From positions 32,001-96,000 of the forward strand of contig CAZYIM010000002.1 of assembly GCA_964647565.1 (NCBI GenBank): a DNA stretch of 64,000 bases, given 5' to 3'. Positions within the stretch are counted from its first letter, which is position 1. Each line of letters opens with the position of its first letter. The translations under genes were made by a program, and so were the position numbers. The DNA comes from an uncultured Methanosarcinales archaeon (lineage in GTDB: Archaea; Nanobdellota; Nanobdellia; Woesearchaeales; CAZYIM01). A model generated the notes under the pieces. That model ran no database searches and had not been told where the DNA came from. It worked only from the letters and a program-made list of their open reading frames with translations. This document shows positions 45,739 to 55,403 of this stretch, in pieces.

Positions 45739-46018
45739 AAATAAGCATTCATCCACGGCACAGACGCCCTCCTTTCAGGAGTGCTACCCGCCCAAGGGTT
45801 ACGCCCCTTGAGGACGTGTGCGACATCCTTAAAAATATGCTTTGCGTATTTTTGGGACACCAAAAATCTTAAAGATTTTTCAGTGTTCGCCTTTGGCTCA
45901 GTCCCACTCCTTATCTAGCCCTGCGGGAATGTATATTAACGCCTCGCCTGGCCATGGTTCGCAAGCCTCTTTGCGAACCTGAGAACGAACGAAGTAAAGT
46001 GACCATGAATGCTTATTT
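45739..46018. repeat. Structured interspersed repeat, copy 2, with ~60-bp hairpin insertion
   Basis: Perfect 14-bp inverted ends AAATAAGCATTCAT/ATGAATGCTTATTT; homologous to 27790..28011. Confidence 0.8.
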
Positions 46019-46124
46019 CTTATTAAGGCTCTTATGTGTATAGGGGCCTTGTATGGAAAAATTTAAATATATGTTCATATCTATTTGTTACATATATGTA
46101 CCAATCTGATACAAAGGTGTAACA

Positions 46125-46436
46125 ATGAAGCAAAAACAGGTTCACTCTCCCACTCTGAAGACAGTTATGATGGTTGAGGATGTGCTTAAGAACATGGATG
46201 AGAGTGTTATAACTGTCGCTGAACTGAAACGAAGATTGCCCAGGCAGGTGAATCATAATACTCTAAAAGAGATACTGGATTACCTGGACAAGAGCAATAA
46301 AATATATATGAATGTTAAGGGTATAACATGGTTGGTCAATGATAGTCCCAAAATGAGAGAAGCTATACGGAAAGGAGTCAAGTATGATCCAGAAAAATTC
46401 CGTAAAAAGTTAGGCAATTCTTATAAATCCATTTGA
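46125..46436 (+). CDS. Small wHTH-like protein, putative antitoxin
   Basis: SPTLKTVMMVE...LKRRLPRQV...ILDYLDKSNKI; immediately upstream of a RelE-like gene. Confidence 0.65.
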   Translation: MKQKQVHSPTLKTVMMVEDVLKNMDESVITVAELKRRLPRQVNHNTLKEILDYLDKSNKIYMNVKGITWLVNDSPKMREAIRKGVKYDPEKFRKKLGNSYKSI

Positions 46437-46470
46437 TGCTGGCTAAGATATGCGATAGGTCACTTCAATA

Positions 46471-46794
46471 ATGTTTTCTGATGAAGCATCACAAGCATAT
46501 GATGCCTTGGTTAAACATGCAAAAAACTCCAAGAAAGCAAGGATGATCCTTGCAGCCCTTCTTAATAAGCTGGACTTGATATTGGAGAATCCTAGATATG
46601 GGAATCCGTTAGCCAAAAGGTTGATCCCCAAAGAATATAAGCTAAGGTATAAAGCTAAAAATTTATTTCGTGTTGAATTGCCCTGTTTCTGGAGGATGCT
46701 CTATTCCTTAACCAATGATGAGATCGAGATAATAGCTCTTGTGGTTGATGTTGTCGATCATAAGGATTACAACAAGAAATTCAGCTATGACTAA
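46471..46794 (+). CDS. RelE/ParE-like toxin
   Basis: LENPRYG...NLFRVEL..FWRMLYSL...VVDHKDY. Confidence 0.65.
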   Translation: MFSDEASQAYDALVKHAKNSKKARMILAALLNKLDLILENPRYGNPLAKRLIPKEYKLRYKAKNLFRVELPCFWRMLYSLTNDEIEIIALVVDVVDHKDYNKKFSYD

Positions 46795-46797
46795 CTA

Positions 46798-47262
46798 TTA
46801 CTCAGTTCCTTTCTTGATATCTTTCATGGTGTCCCATTTTGCATATGTAAGGGACTGGTCCTGCTCACATTGGACCTCTATAGAATTAAGCAGCATCTCA
46901 GCCATTGGATTATCAGGCAGGCTTTTTTTGATGGCTTTTTTCAGTGCTGCACTAAACTTCTTGGCAGTTTTCTCCTTGATGAAATGGGCATTCATTGCCA
47001 GCGGCGCCTCTGTCATTATCTCAAAGAAGCCTTCTTTCTCAAAGATGAATCTCTCATAGCTCTTGGACTCAATGATATCCATGCCCATGTAGAAGATGCC
47101 TTCTTTGTACTGCTTCTCCAGATGTGTTATGAACTTGACCAATTCCTGTTTGGCCCTGTCCTGCTCTGTGAGGTTGTCCTGCAGGCTTTCCTTTGCCTTC
47201 ACAACAAAGGGCAGAAGTTCGCCGACATCCAGCAAAGGCACAAATACGTGTTTTGTTTTCAT
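46798..47262 (-). CDS. Hypothetical protein (154 aa)
   Basis: ATG ORF with TTTAAA and BRE-like sequence upstream; codon usage typical of the window. Confidence 0.65.
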   Translation of the reverse strand: MKTKHVFVPLLDVGELLPFVVKAKESLQDNLTEQDRAKQELVKFITHLEKQYKEGIFYMGMDIIESKSYERFIFEKEGFFEIMTEAPLAMNAHFIKEKTAKKFSAALKKAIKKSLPDNPMAEMLLNSIEVQCEQDQSLTYAKWDTMKDIKKGTE

Positions 47263-47345
47263 TTGATATTAAGTTTCTTATTATTCTTGCATTTAAATCT
47301 TTCGGAAAGCGAAGCTTTAGAAAAACTAAAGTTTTTCTTTTGTTT

Positions 47346-48125
47346 CTATTTCCAATGATGGACCAATAGGTCTATCTCTTTTTTTAACTGCGATGTGATC
47401 TTCCTGACAGCTGCTTTGTCCTTATGTTTACCCCAGAGTTTTTCAATATCCAAGGGATTTCCGAAACGTATATGTATTGTTCCAGGGTGTAATTTATTTT
47501 TTTTGGGTGTTATTACCTTATCTGTTTGTGTAAAAGCGCCTGGAACCAGTGGGACTCCGGCTCCCAGGGCAATCCTGACTGCACCAGTCTTGAACTTGAG
47601 CAGGCCTTTGTGTCTTTCATGATGTGCTTCAGGATATATGACTAGGGTTTCTCCTTTTTTTACCCGTTCAATACATGCCTCGACTACATATTTCCTGTCC
47701 ATACCGACCTTGAAAGCCTTTTTGTCCTTTTCATCCCTGATTACCGGAAAATATCCCAGGTTGGAGACCCATGCCTGCAAAAAAGGATGTGGGATAGCAT
47801 CAAAGGGTTCTGTAATCACAAAGAAATACCTGTCAAGTGTGGCGATCAGTGAAAGGGTATCGCTAAGGCTTCTATGATTCATTGCAATAACGCAAGGCCC
47901 TTTTGGCAGGAGTTCTTTATTCTGGGTTTTGACCTTGATAAAGCAAAAGGCAAAAGATATTGTTAGACATAGTTTGCCAAGCTTCTTCCAGATATAATGT
48001 TTATTTTTTGTTTTATAAAACAGAGTTACAATATATCCGAGAAACAGAAACAGTCCAAGAATTAATCCTGTAATTATTTTTAGATATGAATTTTGCAGGT
48101 GTAATAGGAATTTTGAGTGTTTCAT
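47346..48125 (-). CDS. plsC: 1-acyl-sn-glycerol-3-phosphate acyltransferase (PlsC family)
   Basis: NHRSLSD (HX4D), FPVIR, IYPEA, KFKTGAVRIA..AGVPLVP; N-terminal TM segment. Confidence 0.85.
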   Translation of the reverse strand: MKHSKFLLHLQNSYLKIITGLILGLFLFLGYIVTLFYKTKNKHYIWKKLGKLCLTISFAFCFIKVKTQNKELLPKGPCVIAMNHRSLSDTLSLIATLDRYFFVITEPFDAIPHPFLQAWVSNLGYFPVIRDEKDKKAFKVGMDRKYVVEACIERVKKGETLVIYPEAHHERHKGLLKFKTGAVRIALGAGVPLVPGAFTQTDKVITPKKNKLHPGTIHIRFGNPLDIEKLWGKHKDKAAVRKITSQLKKEIDLLVHHWK

Positions 48126-49264
48126 TTTTTGAAAAACAGTTCAATCACATCTTTTTCAGATGGAGGGCATTCGTCCAAATGCTTATAGTGGTTTTTTTCT
48201 GCAAATTCCTTTGTGCAATGACCGATGCAATAAACATTCTTAAGATATTCATCCGGGATGTTGGCTTTATTTACTTTTCCAATTATTATGGCTGTCTTCT
48301 TAAAAAAGTACCTATTCAGAAGCTTGGCAAGATAGATTGGATTTTTCATTGCACTCTTTTTAATGAATTCGACTGCCCTGCCGCAGCAATTGCAGGGTTT
48401 GCCTTTTTCCATATAGACAAACAGCTTGCCAAAGTGGAAGCTTACTTCGCTCGAAGGCTCATAAGGCGTTTTGAATTTATTGATAAGTGCATGTTGGGTA
48501 TAGAATTTGCCGGCACCTATGTCTTTTGCAAGTTTTAAGTGTTTTACAGTGCTTGGATCAATACCTATTAAAGCGCTGGTAATTGAGTCTGTTTCCACTA
48601 TGTTGGTGCCTGCTATTAAGATGTTGCTTTTTTTGCTCTTGCCCCAGTGCGGCCCTTTGCCTTCCATACCCACAATGCCGTCCACAATGCAGAGATCTGG
48701 CTTTAAAACTGTTGATAGATAGGCGATGTTCTTGTCCAGATCCTCTCTATGATACCTCATTCTCTCAGGCTCAGGTACTATGCCCATCTGGTTTTTTAGG
48801 CAGAGGGATACTTCTGTGACAAAATGGGTTTTTATCTTTGCAATGTTAATATAATGGTCAACACTATTCATCAGGTCCGGAATCTCCAGTGTCACACCCC
48901 TGATCTTTTTTTTGATTATCGGGCCTTTTTCAAGATCTACAATAGTAACATTTTCATATTTTTCAAAGCGTCTGTATCCTGAGTTCCTGATAATATCATC
49001 AAATGTATAAGATTTGTCAGAAGGACCAAGATTGTTGGTCTCTGCTATTATTATTTTGCAATTGAATCCTTTTAAGAAATTTATAATCGCTTCAATTATT
49101 AGTGGCTCGGTTATTTCAGACTCATTTTTAGGTTTGATGGCGCATAGATTTGGCTTTAGTAAGACTGTAGAGTTTTTTTTCGGCTCCCAGCCTACAAAAT
49201 TTATTAGTTCTGAGATCTTTTTCTTTATTTCCCTCTTTTTACAACTAACTACAGATATAGTCAT
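48122..49264 (-). CDS. DUF362 family protein with C-terminal Cys cluster
   Basis: VLLKPNL, INIAKIKTH...SLCLKNQMG, IVDGIVGMEGKGP..G; PCNCC, IGHC, ECPP. Confidence 0.88.
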   Translation of the reverse strand: MTISVVSCKKREIKKKISELINFVGWEPKKNSTVLLKPNLCAIKPKNESEITEPLIIEAIINFLKGFNCKIIIAETNNLGPSDKSYTFDDIIRNSGYRRFEKYENVTIVDLEKGPIIKKKIRGVTLEIPDLMNSVDHYINIAKIKTHFVTEVSLCLKNQMGIVPEPERMRYHREDLDKNIAYLSTVLKPDLCIVDGIVGMEGKGPHWGKSKKSNILIAGTNIVETDSITSALIGIDPSTVKHLKLAKDIGAGKFYTQHALINKFKTPYEPSSEVSFHFGKLFVYMEKGKPCNCCGRAVEFIKKSAMKNPIYLAKLLNRYFFKKTAIIIGKVNKANIPDEYLKNVYCIGHCTKEFAEKNHYKHLDECPPSEKDVIELFFKK

Positions 49265-49390
49265 CGTTTAGAGCTAATCCTTTTTTTGAGTATATAAATA
49301 GTTTTCTGTTTGATTGGAAAAACATACAATTATTGAAAAAGTATTTATATCAATGCTTTTTATCACATTTAAAAGGTAACAGGATTTAAA

Positions 49391-51412
49391 ATGAGTGTAA
49401 ATCAGGAAGTAAAGGATGTAAAATCTATCAATATAAAGAATTTTATAACTGCTCTTGAACATATGCATCCTGACATCTCTTCAGTTGTGGATCCTGTTTA
49501 TGCGCTTTACACAAAAGAGTATATTGACGATCCAAATACCTGGACTGGAACTCAGCCAGTATTAGACCTGTTTACCAGGTATAAAGAGTTTGTGAATGTC
49601 AAGCATCCTAGTGTGATATTTGATGTTGGCATTAAGACCTCTAAATTAAGGGCTATTGGTAAGCTGGAAAACTTAGTTCGATTTGTGGGCCGACCGAGAG
49701 TGGCTTTCTCTCAGATCCCCAATTATAACAAGCACTTTAACAACATCTTTGATATGGAAGTACATAACCTGACTGGCAGTTCTGCAACTTTAATTGTAAA
49801 CTATATTCCCAGAAAAGAAAATATCTGGACTTATGAACAATGCTGGTGGAACAGGGGCATCATTGCCTCGATTCCGCAACTTTGGAATCTTCCCAATGCA
49901 GAGTATAAGGAAGTATTATGTTTCTATACCCCTGAGAAGATTGCACAGAGCACAGGCCTCAATATCCATACTCAAGGGACTGACCTATTTATTGATGATA
50001 AAAAGATCGGAGAAAAGGTACTGCTTAAGAAGGATATGGTCACTACCAAACACCTTCCTTTTCGATTGACTAAAAAATCAGACAGGCCAAAGTTATTTGG
50101 TAGTGAATATGAGATGTTTGATGCATCAGTCCACACCAATGAGCCTTCTGGCTATTTGATTACTGAGGATGTGGAACTTGAAGACAAATTATTGCTTGAA
50201 AAGGGTGTGATCATTGGAGCACCTTATTGCCGATATGAATTCACCTGGAAAAACAAGAACTTCTTCAAGAACCTTTATGATTTGACCATAGGAAAATTTA
50301 AAGAATTAAAAAAGACCAGTTTTGCACTTGAAGAGCAATTGAATTATTCTCAGCAGCAATTCTTCCAGATTGAGAACTTGCTTAACAAGGAGAAGGAATT
50401 GACAGCCGAACTGACTGAGCATAAAGAACATTTGGAGGAGATGGTTGAAAAACGCACCGATCAGTATAAGTCTGAGAAAGAGCGTGCCGAAAATGCACTC
50501 GATGAGTTGAAGGCGGCTCAAGATCAGATCATCAAAGCAGAGGTTTCTGCGGCTGAGAAGGCAGAACAGTTAAGGACTTCAGAGATCCTATCAGGAGGTA
50601 TTGCACATGAGTTGGGTAATGCCCTTACCGGCGCAAATCAATTGTTGGATCATGTCTTGAACTATAAAGGAGATAAATCCATGGTCCAGGTCATCTATGA
50701 CCAGATATCTCAATTCGCTAGTGTAATCAAGAAACTGACTAAGGACTATAATGTTCCAAATGAGGTTATATCTTCAGAGATCATTCCTGGATTGATGGAG
50801 ATAGTAAATATTATTGATCCTTCCCAAAACAATAAGAAGAACAAGAAACCTTTGGAGAAAGTTCTTGAGACAGTCAAAATGGGTGTTGAAAGGTCTTTAA
50901 GGATAAAAGAGCAGTTCAAGGATTATTCATTATTGCAAAGACAGGTCAAAGGCACTACGCCTGTTAATATGCGGGACTTGTTGAATTCTGTAATTGACAG
51001 TTGTTCACCACAATTAGAACAATATGACATAACATATCTTGTTCATGCCATTGAGGAAAATTATACTATGATCGGTGATCGTGACCAACTTTATTCAGTG
51101 CTCTCAAACCCGGTCTTGAATTCAATCTATGCTGTAAGAGACACAGAAACAAGAAAGATTGACCTAACTCTAGAATCTGAAAAATTTAATGGTGACACAT
51201 TCTTGAAATATATTGTAGAAGATACTGGCTGTGGTATCCCTCAAGATAAGCAAAAAAGGATTTTCGATCCATTGTTTTCAACCAAGGGTGTTGAGGGTAC
51301 TGGTCTGGGCCTGAGCATTGTCAAGAGGATTGTTGATCTTTACGATGGTGTGATAGAGTTCGATTCAAAAGAAGATGAAGGCAGCAAGTTCACTTTCTAC
51401 CTAAAACAATAA
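49391..51412 (+). CDS. Soluble sensor histidine kinase with V4R/HNOB-like N-terminal domain
   Basis: H-box GIAHELGNAL; N-box SNPVLNS; G-boxes DTGCGIP, IFDPLFSTK, GTGLGL. N-terminal CWWNRG...EVLC...GAPYCRYEFTW. No TM segment. Confidence 0.88.
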   Translation: MSVNQEVKDVKSINIKNFITALEHMHPDISSVVDPVYALYTKEYIDDPNTWTGTQPVLDLFTRYKEFVNVKHPSVIFDVGIKTSKLRAIGKLENLVRFVGRPRVAFSQIPNYNKHFNNIFDMEVHNLTGSSATLIVNYIPRKENIWTYEQCWWNRGIIASIPQLWNLPNAEYKEVLCFYTPEKIAQSTGLNIHTQGTDLFIDDKKIGEKVLLKKDMVTTKHLPFRLTKKSDRPKLFGSEYEMFDASVHTNEPSGYLITEDVELEDKLLLEKGVIIGAPYCRYEFTWKNKNFFKNLYDLTIGKFKELKKTSFALEEQLNYSQQQFFQIENLLNKEKELTAELTEHKEHLEEMVEKRTDQYKSEKERAENALDELKAAQDQIIKAEVSAAEKAEQLRTSEILSGGIAHELGNALTGANQLLDHVLNYKGDKSMVQVIYDQISQFASVIKKLTKDYNVPNEVISSEIIPGLMEIVNIIDPSQNNKKNKKPLEKVLETVKMGVERSLRIKEQFKDYSLLQRQVKGTTPVNMRDLLNSVIDSCSPQLEQYDITYLVHAIEENYTMIGDRDQLYSVLSNPVLNSIYAVRDTETRKIDLTLESEKFNGDTFLKYIVEDTGCGIPQDKQKRIFDPLFSTKGVEGTGLGLSIVKRIVDLYDGVIEFDSKEDEGSKFTFYLKQ

Positions 51413-52804
51413 CTATTTTTGGTTGTAGACTGGATCTGAGAATTCCCTGACAATATAGATGCCTTGGTGCGGTATTAGAAGGTCGAAGTCGTGTGTCGGT
51501 ATGTTGCTTTTCACGATATAGGTTTTCAATAATGGCCGGACCTCTTCTATCTTCTTATTTGATTTTGAGATTACAGATGTGACCAGGTTCTTCTGCATCT
51601 GGTTGTCTTTTAGATCCCTGTCGATCAAGGATTCAAGTTCATCTAAGTCTGAGTATGATCTTACACCAACTATTGGCCCGGGATATTCCATTGTTGTGTC
51701 ATATTTGTTCAAAGGAATTATGGAGGTATGCAGCAGCTCTCTTTCACCTTCGACACTTAGATTAAGATATCCGCTCTTGCCTCTCTTGACCAGCTCGCCT
51801 TTGATGAAATCAATGTTTCCAGAATCCACTAATCCGATTTTGGACTCATCAAAAGGATCGCCTGATCGATATTTTAATGCTTCCTTATTCAATCTGTCCA
51901 AAAGCTTATCATATTTCTCTTCATGCGCATATATTATATCAGTTGATTCACATTCATTTCCTGCGTTGACAGTTATTGACTCCATCAACAATTTCATATT
52001 CATCTCATCAACATCTGCATCATCAAGAAGAACACTAATGCTCAAACCAGTACCATAACCAATTACCCTTCTTGGAGTACAGTTTTCCCTTATCTCTGCC
52101 TCTACTTTTTTCACAGTATTGTCATCTCCAAAGAAGATGTAGTTCCAACCATCAACGCATAATTTTTCTAGAAAACCACTATCTGCAGGAGTATTTATGA
52201 CTGAAACTGCATTCTTTAATGGATATAATTCTTTTTGATTCAGCTTGTCTATAGTCTTGTTGAGAGCTAGGACAAATTCATTAGAGTTATATGCGCCTGC
52301 CCCTTTGCTTGAGGGTCTTAGTATTGTGGCGTTCCTTGACAATAGGTTTTGAGCAACAACATAAAGCATGACTTGTTCTGAGTTGCTGGGCAGAATTGTT
52401 ACAATTGGTGCAGTGTTTCGATAAGTGATATTACCTTTTTCTAAAGCTCTGCCCAAAAATCCCTCCGCGCAAAAACACCAATTTTTTACAAAATCCATGC
52501 CCTCCCTAACAAAATTAATTGGGCTTCCATTTAGTTTTACAATAGTTTCATATTTAGTTTTATTATGGAAATAATTATGCATGGTGTCTTCCAATAATCT
52601 ACGTACATTTGCCATAGGTATCTTTCCTAACTCTCTTTGGACTTTGTTAGCATTCTTAATTGCAGACATCAGTTCATAGTCATTGACATCATGTACTTCG
52701 AGCATTGGATTGCCATTGTAATCATTGAGAATTCTCCTTAACGCTTTAGGAGACTTCCTGAATTCTCCGTTGACATAGCTTGGGATTTGTTTGAGTCGTA
52801 TCAT
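51413..52804 (-). CDS. Aldehyde-dehydrogenase-fold acyl reductase (LuxC-like)
   Basis: SYVNGEF, ILPSN, ILRPSS, FFG, NAGNECES (catalytic Cys position), EYPGP. Confidence 0.7.
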   Translation of the reverse strand: MIRLKQIPSYVNGEFRKSPKALRRILNDYNGNPMLEVHDVNDYELMSAIKNANKVQRELGKIPMANVRRLLEDTMHNYFHNKTKYETIVKLNGSPINFVREGMDFVKNWCFCAEGFLGRALEKGNITYRNTAPIVTILPSNSEQVMLYVVAQNLLSRNATILRPSSKGAGAYNSNEFVLALNKTIDKLNQKELYPLKNAVSVINTPADSGFLEKLCVDGWNYIFFGDDNTVKKVEAEIRENCTPRRVIGYGTGLSISVLLDDADVDEMNMKLLMESITVNAGNECESTDIIYAHEEKYDKLLDRLNKEALKYRSGDPFDESKIGLVDSGNIDFIKGELVKRGKSGYLNLSVEGERELLHTSIIPLNKYDTTMEYPGPIVGVRSYSDLDELESLIDRDLKDNQMQKNLVTSVISKSNKKIEEVRPLLKTYIVKSNIPTHDFDLLIPHQGIYIVREFSDPVYNQK

Positions 52805-52805
52805 C

Positions 52806-54032
52806 TTAGTTTATCTGGCAGCCGTGCAGGGCTTTGCCTTTGTGAAATCCTAATCGCTTGATATCATATAATATAGGTGTATTTCTGCCGCATTTACATT
52901 CAAGGCCATTCTTGCTAAGCTTTGCACCATCTCCAGTCATGTAGTTGATGAAGTACATTCCTGAGGGCACCACATTGTTGCCTTTTTTGTCTGTTCCTGC
53001 AATCTTTGAAGTTAGAGTATAACCTGATTCATTGGGTTTGGCTAATCCTGGTTTTTCCAGGCTCTTAATCAGCACGAGCGATTGGCCCAGGGTCAGATGG
53101 AAATTCCTCATCTTCGCAGAACATGTTGCTGCTGTAGGACAAACTTCTGTACTTCCGAAATGGCCTTTGATATAAGGGACCTGCAGATCATCTTTAAGAT
53201 AATCCAGCAATCCTTCTGAGATTGGCATGCTTGACCAGTAAGCGAACTTAAAATCTGGATTATGTTTGTGGCTTAAATCCCATTCGGGATTTCTGTTTTT
53301 GGCATCAAGCTCTAAGATGTCAACAAGGAAGGAACCTTTTTGACGATATTCTCCTTCGGGGGGTGCCAATATTCCATTTACTTTGAATGTTTGAGACATA
53401 TCATATAGATCTACAATATCTGCTGTTGCAGAGGGTCTTCCAAAAATCTGGCCTCCCAGTCTATGAAACATGTTGCCGTAAATGTGATTAGTTATATGGT
53501 CTCCGTGATATGCTCCAAGAATTCTCATTCCCACCATCGGAGTCTTCCTTGCTTCAATGCCTTCGAATTTGAACTTGCCTTTCTTGAATTCGATATCAGG
53601 TGTTTTGGGATCCATATAGAAGTCAAACTCTATATGCCTGTTGGCAGTTATTGACATTCCCCGCCAGTCTTCCATGGAGTGGAATATCTTGATTGGCTTT
53701 CCAGTACTGCCACCTGTGCCAAAAGACCAGAATTCGCCATGGTTTGGATCTATCTCTCTTTTTACCTCTGGCACAAATGCAAACTGGCTGTTCTTTGACA
53801 AGTGTTCCTTAGTCAGATATGGGATCATGTCCGCGAACTCGTCCATTGAGGATATCTTCTGGATATCTGCTTGGGATAGGTGCTTGTAATGCTCCTTGAA
53901 GAAAGGCACATTTTCCTTAGCAAAGAGCACTGTTGGGATTACTTGTTCATTTAGAATTACTTTATCTCTATCTTCTGGTTTGGCAGTATCCCACCAAAAA
54001 TCACTGAACTTGGGCGAGTTTAGTTTTTCCAT
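52806..54032 (-). CDS. Acyl-adenylating enzyme, LuxE/PaaK-like
   Basis: FAKENVPFF, PYLTKEHL, GTGGSTGKP, FGSTEV, NYMTGD, CKCGR; ends ...ALHGCQIN. Confidence 0.75.
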   Translation of the reverse strand: MEKLNSPKFSDFWWDTAKPEDRDKVILNEQVIPTVLFAKENVPFFKEHYKHLSQADIQKISSMDEFADMIPYLTKEHLSKNSQFAFVPEVKREIDPNHGEFWSFGTGGSTGKPIKIFHSMEDWRGMSITANRHIEFDFYMDPKTPDIEFKKGKFKFEGIEARKTPMVGMRILGAYHGDHITNHIYGNMFHRLGGQIFGRPSATADIVDLYDMSQTFKVNGILAPPEGEYRQKGSFLVDILELDAKNRNPEWDLSHKHNPDFKFAYWSSMPISEGLLDYLKDDLQVPYIKGHFGSTEVCPTAATCSAKMRNFHLTLGQSLVLIKSLEKPGLAKPNESGYTLTSKIAGTDKKGNNVVPSGMYFINYMTGDGAKLSKNGLECKCGRNTPILYDIKRLGFHKGKALHGCQIN

Positions 54033-54033
54033 C

Positions 54034-55311
54034 TTATTTCTTGGTGATATTTATCCTTTGAGATAGTTTATAATCCAGATAATGCGGATGCGGATCCTTT
54101 GATACTATCTCTCTGTATTCAGGCTGTCGTTTTAAGAATGAAAAAACTTTATCAGGATGAGTCACTGAATATTCAATAGTATCCCCGAATTGATCCAAGA
54201 CTTCAGATAATTCCTCTTGTGTCAATGAAGCTTGGATAGTATTGACCAGGTCTTGTCTAACATGCTTGTTGGTTGCCAATAGTCTTTGGCTTAAGTAGTT
54301 GTCATCAATATCTTCTCTTCTGTAATCAGATATATACATGGAGCCGCCAGGTTTCAGACAGTCAAGACCAGATTTAAAGAATGCTTTCAATGTTGCATCT
54401 TTAAAATGATGCATAGAGTTTTGGCAGACCACGAGATCTGCATCTTTTAAGGTTTCCAGTGATTGCCCAAGATTTAAAAGATCGCATATTTCAAAGCTTA
54501 AACTTTTTTCTGAGTGTTTATTCTTTGCAAAATCTATCATATAATTTGATCCGTCAACACCTATGACACTAGAGGATTGATATTTTGCTAAATTCAATGA
54601 AAGGTCTCCTGGGCCTGAACAGAAATCCAATATTTTTTTACCTTTCAATCCAAAAAGATTATTTATTTCCATTGCAAAAAGGATATAGTCTGAGTTTTCT
54701 GGATAGCTGCAGCCATAGGCATATCGTACAGCCTCTCCCAGGTCTGCGATGGAGTGATCTTCTAACACTCGTTTAATGTCATCATCTATATCGAATTGCA
54801 TGGAAAAATCAAGTAGATTGTTTTTTTCATTCGGATCAGACACATATTCAAAGAACCGTTTTCGTCTTAGTTCAATGAACTTGTCATATGCACGCTTGAC
54901 TTCTTTTTTTAAGATTGCATCATCGCCTTTTTCTACAAACGAGAACAGTCCGTGTTCAGATGTAAGGATCTCCTTGGTCTTATAGTCTGCAGGATGTGCA
55001 GTGTATAGGATCTTTATAGAATTAGGGCTTTTTTTCTGGAGCTCTTTGGTCAGCTGGATTCCATCCATACCAGGCATCCTGACATCGATGATGATTACAC
55101 CTTTGTTATCATCAAGCTTTTTTAAGGCCTCTTCTCCGCTGATGGCATATTCAATCTTGTATTCTGGTAATATGACGCCTATACTGTCTCTTATGATCTG
55201 GTCATCGTCAACCACTAATATCTCTGGCTCTTCATTGATATCATGAATTTCCTTTTTTTCAACTTCTTCTGCATCGGACAGCAATTCAGCTAAATCTTTA
55301 TTCATTTTCAA
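54034..55311 (-). CDS. Response-regulator receiver fused to a class I SAM methyltransferase
   Basis: REC: ILVVDDD, IIDVRMPGMDG, YTAH, VEK. MTase: ILDFCSGPG, GVDGS, SMHHF, LKPGG...SDYRR. Confidence 0.85.
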   Translation of the reverse strand: MKMNKDLAELLSDAEEVEKKEIHDINEEPEILVVDDDQIIRDSIGVILPEYKIEYAISGEEALKKLDDNKGVIIIDVRMPGMDGIQLTKELQKKSPNSIKILYTAHPADYKTKEILTSEHGLFSFVEKGDDAILKKEVKRAYDKFIELRRKRFFEYVSDPNEKNNLLDFSMQFDIDDDIKRVLEDHSIADLGEAVRYAYGCSYPENSDYILFAMEINNLFGLKGKKILDFCSGPGDLSLNLAKYQSSSVIGVDGSNYMIDFAKNKHSEKSLSFEICDLLNLGQSLETLKDADLVVCQNSMHHFKDATLKAFFKSGLDCLKPGGSMYISDYRREDIDDNYLSQRLLATNKHVRQDLVNTIQASLTQEELSEVLDQFGDTIEYSVTHPDKVFSFLKRQPEYREIVSKDPHPHYLDYKLSQRINITKK

Positions 55312-55403
55312 CCACCTTTGCCATTAAATATTGTACTTAGATAAACCGGATTAGTTTATAAACATTTCTATAGATAGTCACTTGAGAGTGGTTTTTAATA
55401 GAA

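Noticed and set aside
51413..54032. Bioluminescence (lux) operon
   Set aside because: No luciferase (LuxA/B) or LuxD-like gene in the window.
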